Positions 25,643 through 36,300 of a stretch of 64,000 nt of DNA are shown here, piece by piece. A program made the position numbers and the translations under genes. The stretch's first letter is position 1, and each line of letters opens with the position of its first letter. The notes under the pieces are model-generated. The model saw only the letters and a program-made list of their open reading frames with translations. It ran no database searches and had not been told where the DNA came from. Location of the stretch: the NCBI GenBank assembly GCA_907165135.1, contig OU015569.1, forward strand, positions 7,192,001 through 7,256,000. Reading direction: 5' to 3'. This stretch comes from Oikopleura dioica. Taxonomy: Eukaryota; Animalia; Chordata.

Positions 25643-28536
25643 TAGGGTGAACGCACAAAAATCAACTTTTTTCTGCAATGTCGGTAGAATTGAAACTTGG
25701 CATGATAAAAGATCATGCAAAAGTTCTTAATTAAATTTTTTTTTCAAGGAATTTTCTCCATGTTTTCAACCTTTTTTGGCTGTCAAAAGATAAAATTGAC
25801 TAGCGAAGCCAGAAAAAAAGGGTTGATAAGTTAAAATCAATTTAGGCTTATTCCTTGGCCCTTTTTACATCTAAAAAATTAGTAACGAAGAAAAAACTCT
25901 AACGGGATCACTTGAAATTTACATTTATAATTCAAAATTTGTTTGTTTTTATCAATGTAGAAGTCCTCCGGAGGACTTTGAACTGTCGGAAGACAAATCA
26001 ATTAAGCTCTTTGAAAACATTTATTTACATTTATAATAAATTGATATAAAATTTAATCACGTGGTCCTTTGGAGGACCTCGGAGGACCTCGGAAGCTGGA
26101 GGAAATTTCCTGCTGGAAGAAAAATATTTTTTTTGCTGAGTTGAGCTAAGCTGAGTTGAGCTTCAAGCAGGGTTAAGCTGAGCAGGAATGAGCTGAGCGG
26201 GCCGTCTCAGCCCCGTTCCTTGATTTTTAATTTAAGGGCTTGACGGCCCTTCGGGCCGTCTCAGCCCCGTTCCTTGATTTTTAATTTAAGGGGCTTGACG
26301 GCCCTTCGGGCCGTCTCAGCCCCGTTCCTTGATTTTTAATTTAAGGGCTTGACGGCCCTTCGGGCCGTCTCAGCCCCGTTCCTTGATTTTTAATTTAAGG
26401 GGCTTGACGGCCCTTCGGGCCGTCTCAGCCCCGTTCCTTGATTTTTAATTTAAGGGGCTTGACGGCCCTTCGGGCCGTCTCAGCCCCGTTCCTTGATTTT
26501 TAATTTAAGGGGCTTGACGGCCCTTCGGGCCGTCTCAGCCCCGTTCCTTGATTTTTAATTTAAGGGGCTTGACGGCCCTTCGGGCCGTCTCAGCCCCGTT
26601 CCTTGATTTTTAATTTAAGGGGCTTGACGGCCCTTCGGGCCGTCTCAGCCCCGTTCCTTGATTTTTAATTTAAGGGCTTGACGGCCCTTCGGGCCGTCTC
26701 AGCCCCGTTCCTTGATTTTTAATTTAAGGGGCTTGACGGCCCTTCGGGCCGTCTCAGCCCCGTTCCTTGATTTTTAATTTAAGGGGCTTGACGGCCCTTC
26801 GGGCCGTCTCAGCCCCGTTCCTTGATTTTTAATTTAAGGGGCTTGACGGCCCTTCGGGCCGTCTCAGCCCCGTTCCTTGATTTTTAATTTAAGGGGCTTG
26901 ACGGCCCTTCGGGCCGTCTCAGCCCCGTTCCTTGATTTTTAATTTAAGGGGCTTGACGGCCCTTCGGGCCGTCTCAGCCCCGTTCCTTGATTTTTAATTT
27001 AAGGGCTTGACGGCCCTTCGGGCCGTCTCAGCCCCGTTCCTTGATTTTTTAATTTAAGGGCTTGACGGCCCTTCGGGCCGTCTCAGCCCCGTTCCTTGAT
27101 TTTTAATTTAAGGGCTTGACGGCCCTTCGGGCCGTCTCAGCCCCGTTCCTTGATTTTAATTTAAGGGCTTGACGGCCCTTCGGGCCGTCTCAGCCCCGTT
27201 CCTTGATTTTTAATTTAAGGGGCTTGACGGCCCTTCGGGCCGTCTCAGCCCCGTTCCTTGATTTTTAATTTAAGGGCTTGACGGCCCTTCGGGCCGTCTC
27301 AGCCCCGTTCCTTGATTTTTAATTTAAGGGGCTTGACGGCCCTTCGGGCCGTCTCAGCCCCGTTCCTTGATTTTTAATTTAAGGGGCTTGACGGCCCTTC
27401 GGGCCGTCTCAGCCCCGTTCCTTGATTTTTAATTTAAGGGGCTTGACGGCCCTTCGGGCCGTCTCAGCCCCGTTCCTTGATTTTTAATTTAAGGGCTTGA
27501 CGGCCCTTCGGGCCGTCTCAGCCCCGTTCCTTGATTTTTAATTTAAGGGGCTTGACGGCCCTTCGGGCCGTCTCAGCCCCGTTCCTTGATTTTTAATTTA
27601 AGGGCTTGACGGCCCTTCGGGCCGTCTCAGCCCCGTTCCTTGATTTTTAATTTAAGGGCTTGACGGCCCTTCGGGCCGTCTCAGCCCCGTTCCTTGATTT
27701 TTAATTTAAGGGGCTTGACGGCCCTTCGGGCCGTCTCAGCCCCGTTCCTTGATTTTTAATTTAAGGGGCTTGACGGCCCTTCGGGCCGTCTCAGCCCCGT
27801 TCCTTGATTTTTAATTTAAGGGCTTGACGGCCCTTCGGGCCGTCTCAGCCCCGTTCCTTGATTTTTAATTTAAGGGCTTGACGGCCCTTCGGGCCGTCTC
27901 AGCCCCGTTCCTTGATTTTTAATTTAAGGGGCTTGACGGCCCTTCGGGCCGTCTCAGCCCCGTTCCTTGATTTTTTAATTTAAGGGGCTTGACAAAGGCC
28001 GGGAAACCTGAGTTGATCAGTCTCAGTTCCGTCCCCAACCCCTCCCACCTCCATCCGATGTAAAAATATATATTTTTCATGTTCAAAGTCTTGTTATGGT
28101 TCTTATCGTTAGTTTTTAAAATAATTTCAATTTGGTCAATGCACATTAGATTCTATGAATTAGAATGATTGATCCACAAGATCTCTCATTCTTCCAGCAA
28201 AAAGTCCTCCGGAGGACCTAATTCCTAGTAAAAAACAAAAAAAATGTTTTAAAATGATGATTGCGGGCCAACCGGGACTCCGTTACTAAATTTTTTGGCT
28301 GGAAAATAATCAGCTCGACACGGCGCGTCGATTAAGCCTACTCACGACTCTTGAGCTTACTTCGCTCGAAAAATAGATTTTTCGGACTTTTCGGTGGCCT
28401 CTAGAATCGCCCGGGGCTTTATAAAATAATTTTTTTGACCAAAAATGTTTTTTAGAGTGTATAAAGAACATATCCTCCAAAAATCAGCCCTTTACTCCCA
28501 CTAGAACTGAATTTGATTTTTTCTGCGTTCACCCTA
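25643..28536. mobile_element. Non-autonomous hAT-type DNA transposon (2894 bp) carrying a minisatellite
   Basis: Perfect 13-bp TIR TAGGGTGAACGCA, extending imperfectly to about 23 bp. Exact 8-bp TSD GCCATAGA at 25635-25642 and 28537-28544. Subterminal symmetry: AAAAAATTAGTAACG / CGTTACTAAATTTTTT, plus a GTCCTCCGGAGGAC palindrome on both sides. No transposase ORF. Confidence 0.9.
26199..27993 (+). repeat. Tandem array of about 33 copies of a 54-55 bp unit
   Basis: Unit GGGCCGTCTCAGCCCCGTTCCTTGATTTTTAATTTAAGG(G)GCTTGACGGCCCTTC; copies differ only in G3/G4 and T4-T6 homopolymer length. Confidence 0.98.
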
Positions 28537-30121
28537 GCCATAGAGGGGGGGCATTTCCGGATCTAGCTATGGATCTCGCGCGATGTGTCGGCGGAAGCGT
28601 TTTGTTCAAGAAAGCGCGATACCATGAAAATCAGAGATTTTCCTCTTAGACGCAAAAATAACAAGAAATCAGCAAGAAGCGCTCACGCAAGAACACGCCG
28701 CAGAAATGCGTGGTGACAACTTTCAAGTTCAGAAAATGCGAAAGGAAATGCGAAATTCACCACGAAATTCTGCATTTGAAGGACCAAAGCGATCCAGTTC
28801 TATTAAATCTCGCTTAAAATTCGTTTTCTTCCGAGTTATTTGCAATTTGGTCTTTCAATAGAGCATTAACTCTCATTAGAGGTTATATTCCGGTCACCTT
28901 AATGTATCATGATTTGCTACGCGTAATTTTACCAGGAGGAAAGCAGTATTTAGAAACTTATGCATTAACTTTACAATTTATCAAAAGCTCGAAATCAATA
29001 CGAATAAAGTAAGTGGCTGTCCACTTCTGTTAATTGCGATTTTTATGTACGCGAGCTACTGTAAAAAGTTGTGAAATGAGTCCAAGTAATCCCCCGGCCA
29101 GTCCAAAGTCTCCCTGGAATGATTTTAATTGATGAAAAAAATACACCTTTAACGATAGAAAACGCATTTGACTTCGAGCTAAATCTGACATGCCACTAAT
29201 GCTCAGGCGTCCTGCTTCTAATGACTCTCCTCATCGAGAAGAATGGCAGTCTAATGTTCTTCTTGTCGCCCTGAGATTTCGACCAAAAGAAACTCGATGA
29301 TCCCTTTTTCACACTAGTATAATACTAGTAGTATTCATAATTCCGAAAAAATATACTTTTTATAAATTTTGGATTGACAATCAAGGATTTCTCGACGGTA
29401 ACCTTTAATTTGACTTAGCATTCTGACCGAAACAATTGATGAAAGTTCGAATAAGATCGCAAATGAAAAGTAAGTAGAGAAATATCATTTAGTATTTATG
29501 TTAAATAAAACTGTTGATCCGGACCTTGGCGGGGAAGGGTAATGGACCCCATTTGCACTCATCATCTTTTTCATGAATCTGGTTTCTTTCGAATCTGCGG
29601 CGAAATCTCTCGGTTGAGCTTCTTGCCTATCTCTCTCTATTGAGTGCCTCGCCACTGGTCACTAGTGTATTCAAAAAGGTTTAGAGATAAAACACAGCCA
29701 CTGTCCAATCGCGCGGACTTTGCCCCAGGCGAGTGAGATATAAAAGTGGCGATTCCTCAGTGGCTTTGCACAGGATTCGTTACACGCTTAGATAACCCAC
29801 TTTTCCCACTCTCCATCTCAGTCCCGAAAAGCCAAAGTCAGGTGCTGATGTCGACCTTTTTTAGTTTTTTAAGACAATATGAAAAGTTGACATCTTTTTC
29901 CCACAGAAATTTAACTCTTAGATTTTAACCTGGAAAAATAGCTTGTCGTTTGAGTTGTTCCCTAATCGTGATGAATTTATCAGAAACAGCCAAGTCGCAG
30001 CCGATTCCAAGTCATCATTATGTCAGAGTTCGACAAACGGGTCTCCACTGATGCTCCAGTTTTAACACAATTTCTAAAACTCGGCTAATTTTCAGTCAAC
30101 TGCAAATGCGACAGTCAATGT

Positions 30122-31200
30122 CTATTGAATATAAAGTGACTCTGCTTTAGTTAGTTTAGGTATTTTATTCTTTGGGGAGCGTTCGGAACTATAATCTTTA
30201 CAGTCTGTGACAGTAAAATTACATGTATGCCATGTATGTCTCCCAGCCGTTTCGATCAGGATCATTGTTGCCTTCTGGTGGAAGAATTCCCAAAAACTTG
30301 AGGAGCTTTCTAGCCTTCTGGCTTTCGCAGACCTTCGCCATCTTGCCGGCATCCGCTGCGGGAGGAATTTTCTTGTCGTGGATCATTCTATCGTTCGATT
30401 TTTATTTCAATTATCATTACGAAATATTAGCGTATCTTTGATACATATATCAAAGGCTATAAATTATAGCCTATAATAGGGTATGTCCGTGAATTTACCT
30501 CTTAGCTGTTCCCGGAGTACGGCTGGCAAGTTGAATGATCTCTTCTTTCTCATCCCACCAGGGATCGTTCGGCTCGAAGTCGAAATTCTTCTCGCAGTCA
30601 AAAATTTCTGGGATTGCGTCGCAGAGCTCGAGGTATTCGCGAGCGCTTAGGCCATCGCCTTCGGCTAGGTTATCAAAATTTAGTTCCAGTTCACTGAGTT
30701 TATGTACATTTTGCCGGTAACTGGAAGTATCGTTTTACTTAATTACCTTGAATAAACTTCTTCTGGCTTTCGCGTAGTTCCTCAGTCTTCGAGAGAATGT
30801 ATGCATCGGTACGCGCTTTGCCGTCCTTGCGCTTGCATTCCTTTTTCCACCAGGTGAAAATTTTCTTCTGCTTTAAAGCTCTGGTCTTTGAAACAAAACG
30901 TTCTAGATCGGCAGGAAGTCGCAGGTACTCAAATTTCTCCGCTTTCCCCTCTATAACTAATTTCATCCGTGATCAAAAAGTTTTTGTTCACCGAAAAATT
31001 CGACGTGATCCTTGATCGCATTTCCCAGCTCACTTGCAAGACACTCTTGATTGAGACTCTCCATCTGAAAGGATGGTGCTGTTATTTAAAAGTTATGGTT
31101 TTTGCTTACTGCTCTAAACTTGTAGCGGATCTCTTTCTTCAACAAGTCAAATTCGATGTCACCTGCGCAACGTATCTTTGGATGTGACTGGATAAAAACC
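30122..31200 (-). CDS. Uncharacterised spliced gene, apparently frameshifted
   Basis: Protein-like segments (HPKIRCAGDIEFDLLKKEIRYKF; MKLVIEGKAEKFEYLRLPADLERF; LSAREYLELCDAIPEIFDCEKNFDFEPNDPWWDEKEE) with short GT-AG introns; a frame change is needed near 30970. Confidence 0.4.
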
Positions 31201-31739
31201 TTTGAAGATGAAAAAAAATAAGTGATGAATCAGGATCAACGGAAACCCCGCGCAGTGGGCCGCGCTGGACATAATCGCTTGGAACACTCTGGAATCCAGA
31301 CCCGAGATGATTTTCATTTATCGGAAATAAAGATCCGGAAAGTGCCTAAACTGTGTCTAAACTGACGATAGGTTTGTCACACTAAGATTTAATTATACCG
31401 AGAAGTTCTCATTGAAAACATGTTTTATCATATATCTTTAATAATAATTTATCCTTGGAAAAGAAGCTTTTCACAAGCTTTAATAGTTATGAAAAAGTTT
31501 GAACCTGATCCAAGGATAAATAATTTCCATAGCTAATCGGTTTCAGTTTATGAGAAATATTAAAAGCTTCTTCTGAGGCGCGCGAGAGCCTTTCAATGGT
31601 GGTGCATATCAATCGCATATATAATCGGCGATCATTAGCGATCAGCTATTATCACTAATCTATCTTACCTTTCTGAAAGATGAAGTTGATTTCCTTTTTC
31701 ATTGCTCTATGTGTTGCTCAAGTAAGTTTTTCATTAGTT

Positions 31740-32494
31740 TCAAGAGTTTCATAAGAGAGATCATCACTCGAACTGGACTGATAACTATGTTCAGGAAAAC
31801 AACACCGATCTCCAAACACGTAGTTGGGAAGATTCTGTTGTAAGAGCTGAGAAAGCAATTGTTCTTTATCGCGAAGTTGCAAAGAAGGCGCTTTACTGTA
31901 ACATGATGAACAAGCGGCGACCAAAGTTCATCTTTCGCTTCCGAAAGACTGTTCTTGACGTTACTTGGCATGTAAAGAACAACTGCAACAACAAGGCTCG
32001 GTTCAAAAGCTTGTGAAATTTGTAAACCCTCGTTCAATACCAACCCCATAAAGCGCTCCCGTCGAAGTGTTTCTGACCTTCCAGATGGAGACTTTTTCTA
32101 CTTTGACAAGAAACAAGCTAAGGGTAAGGGTAAAGGTAAGTTAGTTTTTGACTACGAGGAGTTCGACGCTGAGGGCTACAAGAAAATGGACGAGGAAGTC
32201 GACGATGTTCTCTTTGATCTTTTTATTGCTGATTATGTTGACGTGACTCCTGTATTGCCGAAGCCGACCTTTTCGAAGTCGGCCAGGTCGATGGTCTCCC
32301 CGTTGACCTCAATCAGCAGCGACAATCAAAAACGAGTGACAATGGTCTCCAAAGCAATCAAAACTACAAGAAAAACTGCCTACTCCATTGTTAAAGAGTT
32401 CGCAGATAAGGTTTGCCACTTCACTAGCAACTCTAATGATAACGAATTAAGTGCCCAAAAAGCTCTTCTTGGCTGCGACGAATCGGGGCCATAA
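31740..32494 (+). pseudogene. Frameshifted unknown ORF
   Basis: Two long protein-like frames (DHHSNWTDNY...KALYCNMMNKRRPKFIFRF...; SKACEICKP...RSRRS...LVFDYEEFDAEGYKKMDEEVDDVLF...) joined by a frame change near 31980-32010. Confidence 0.3.
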
Positions 32495-33310
32495 TGAAGA
32501 ACACGCGTCAAGCCTTCAATAAGTGTCTTGAGGTTGCACCCAACGCGTGAATCTAGCCCTGCTTTTTGTCTCCTGCAGTATTTCTTCCTGTACATAGACC
32601 TCATGAATACATGATTTTTGGTGAAATCTCAATATGTTTATAACTTGGATTTTTATTTTTCATTTATTTGGAGGTTGTTGCAGAAGAGGTAGCACATTGA
32701 GAACCTTAACAATGAGGATCAAAGCGAATCACATGAAAAGTTTATTTGTCTTTTGTTCTCCGAAAATATATATTTATTTTGCTTTTGAAAAGTTTTTTGA
32801 GGGTCATACATTCTATTCGGCATATCAAGATAATATTATAATATCAGTCGCTTGTCCGGGATTCTATCATGGTATTTTTGTTATTGATATTTCTGAATTT
32901 TTGTTGAGGCTTTGGGTTTAGTTGAGGTCAGAATGAGGGCATGGAGGTGAGTGAATGCGCGTAGGTTGAGGTTAAAGGTTAGGAGTCCGTTATTGCAAGT
33001 CAAACAAAATCAGACAGAGGGCAATACGTTGACGGAATAATTAAAATGCGAGTCCTAGTCTGTCGTCATTAAAAATGAAAGTGGAAGGTGCATGAAATTG
33101 TTAATTACGAAAAACTCTGCACCTGCCACTTTGTAACAGAACTAGGCGAATAGCCACTGCATTGTTGAGCACAAACCTACCCGCGATAATAGTGTACAGT
33201 TTACAAACATATGGGTAATTGTTGAAATTCATGTCAAGAAGATAAGTGCTCATTCAAAACAGGTTGATTTTCAACATTAAATGAGGGAGACAATGCACTA
33301 AGGATTTTAA

Positions 33311-36300
33311 CTATGGTCTTCGCATTCCAGTTATAAAATACAGTTTAGCGTTTTCATTAGCAGTGGCAAATTCGTGTAACAACGAGAACTCCCATTCTTT
33401 GTCGAGGCCAAACTTGCGAATACTCTGACGCAAACGTCCTGAGTCCGCGGCTACCACGACAATCTTTGCTTGTGGGACGAAGGTTAGTGCAGAAAGCTCC
33501 TGAAGAGTTGGAACCGAACTGGCGGCCGGTTGGAGCTCACAAATCACAAGACCAGAATATTGTCGACTTTGGCAAGGGGTCACGCCAAGAATTTGTACGG
33601 GAACTTGAGCTCCGAAATTTATGTATTTCCCGGAGATGAGAACAGGGCGTGTTGCGCTCGCATCCGTGAAGATACTTCTGCCTTCATGCTTGAAATACTG
33701 ATTCAGCAGATAGAATCCGGGCGCTGAATTAATTATTGATATCCCCGAAAATTATTTGGTGCTTACCGTTTATGTTTTCAGAGTCTTCTTCTGTGGTGAC
33801 ATACTTCGAGACGGGCACTGAAATCTCGAACGGGGGAACTGGAGCTTTGTGATTATGTTTCTCGATATAGCCATAGTTTTCAAGGACAATGCAGCTGTTT
33901 CCGGCAGCGACTTGACGAAGACTTTATTTGTATCAATAATGTGAAAAATCTCAGAGAGAATTTCGACTAATAGTTTTTGAAAGAACTCTAAATATCTTTT
34001 TGATACATTCCAGAAATCAATATCTTCGCCTTCATATTTACTATGATCCATAGAAATATTATTGTACTTTAGGTTGAGCATGTAGCAGCCTTGAACGAGT
34101 CGATTTGAAAATTGACGATCATCTGGTGGCTGACCATCAGCAGTGGTCCAAGGTTTAAGCCCTAGCATCGCCACTTCCGTCTCGGAATTGGAGATCATTG
34201 ATTCTAAGTCGAGCAAAACATCGTGCAGCGGGATAGGATCCCAGGAGCGTGATTCGCTGCTCCACGAGCGAAATTGCGCCACCTGGTCGGAGAGAAAGAA
34301 AACAAACGGCCAACAGTCTGGGGGCGAGAGAGCCCAGGAGTGCTGTAAAAGACGCAGAGCGAAGAGTTTCATGCAGCCGATTCCATGCCTGTTAAACTCT
34401 GCGCCCATGACGAGAAGACAGGAGTTAGGCCAGTATTCTATGTGCGAATAAATACAAAATACAAAGGATATAGTCTATATCATATAGAACTAACCTCGAT
34501 ATTTTTGCACATCGTTATGCTTCACAACTATGAGATGAGTGAATTCGGAATCGCTCATTTTCATCGTCTTCTTGAGATCGTATAGTCCATTTTGAGCACC
34601 AGAAACGCCAAAACTAACGACGATTGTTTTAGGCGAAGGGGATTGTGTACGAGAAGAAGCAACTGCAAGTCTCACTGCTTTTAGTCCATTTGCATCATTC
34701 ATTCCACCAAACTCGAAACGTCTTCGTTTGTCATTCGGGATGACGATCTCAACCTAATTAAAATGATAATGAGCACAATTATTAACTTTTACCGTCACTG
34801 CATTCGGTCCTAGCTGAGGAATATTCAGTTCAATTGGCCAAGGAACTATTGGCTCCACATTTTCTATTCGCGACGAGCTTCCGCTTATCGAAACTTCACC
34901 AAGTTCGATTGTTGCTTTTTTCGATTCTTCCATTTCAAGCTCTGTTCTTCGATTGATGTATTCTAACGCATGATCATCGTTTAGTGTGTTCATGATTGGA
35001 CTAAGCCCAAAATCTTGCTTTCTCAGTAATGCGAAATTTGGACCCGTGATATTGAGATTAAGTTCAGGATCATCTATGATGTTGATAGAGAACTGCGATT
35101 GAATCTGATGATTGAGGGTCGATGCTAAAAATATATGGTTCAATAAAGGACGAGTAAAATATCCAACCTAGCTCAAAGGCGCACGTGATCTGATTGAAAC
35201 CAACAGGTGTCACCAGCAGAAAATTATTTTCTCTTTTCTCCAATTCTTCTTTGTGGATACACGTTGAATAATAGTATTTGTAGAGATAGTCCATTTCGAT
35301 CCTTTCTGGTTCCAAAGAAAGCGTCTCCGGCATTCTGGCACATCTCTCCGAAGGGGTTAGATTCTGGAAATCGAAGCCACGTTTTCCACGGAAGACGTCA
35401 AAAGATTCACTGGACAAGAGTACGCGTGGAGGCTTTCGTATTGATTCAAAGTCGATCATATAATCGGAGTCATCTACTTTTAGACGTTTTTCAGGTGAAC
35501 ATTCGTCGTCAGAAGACATTGAGTCCCCTGAGCGCTTGATCATTCCCAATCCGGCAATCGCCATAAGTTCGTCACGAGTTCTGCTTGATTTTTCTTCATG
35601 AAACAGGTTGCAAAATGGAATTCATCTTCAATTTCCTTTCTTGTGAAAAAGCCCGTGAGCATAAGGCGGCAGTCGACGTAGGCAAATAATGGCACTCTAT
35701 ATTTTTGTCATTAACAGTCGTAGTTTTACTTTTACCTAGTAGGAGTCATTCCACTTATCGTGTCATAATGAACGATAATGATTGGTTTATTGGCAAGTTC
35801 TATGATGTCGCGACATTGATAACTTTGTGAGAATCCAATTGCTTTTTTCGATGCGTCGTTCATTTGAATACCACTTTTATCCCAAATAGCAACACCCACT
35901 TTCGCGACTTCGTAAAGTTTTTCATATATCTGAGTTTTATTGAATGGGCAAGTTTTGTTTTGTGTATGATGGTGAAAACCTTCCTTGGAAATTTTGTCTA
36001 GAAAGCGCTGCATTGAGAGTGTCGTAGGCGGTAGTGGCAAAGTTGATGTCTCTCACTCTGAGCAAAACTGGACGTTTTTGGTAGACAACTTGACGAAGAA
36101 GCTCAAGTGAACGAGGATCAACACTTTCATAGAGTCCACTATGCTCAATGCTGAGGAGAGCGGAAATATAGCACAAGTCGAGGAGCACCACCATACGGAC
36201 GAAGTCAGCATTCGCGGATGTAGTCTTCAGATAAAGACTTCAAAAAGGATTAACAATAAATTATTGTCAATAATGTATCGTTATTAACTCAAAATTAGTA

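Noticed and set aside
26136-26198. Immunoglobulin switch-like GAGCT repeats
   Set aside because: Only about 60 bp, inside a transposon arm, with no Ig locus; the similarity is probably coincidental
26199-27993. CRISPR array (palindromic repeats at regular spacing)
   Set aside because: There are no unique spacers, since the whole unit is repeated; no cas genes; eukaryotic context
27919-28146. 75-aa ORF running into the array
   Set aside because: Incidental frame across AT-rich arm and repeat sequence; not transposase-like
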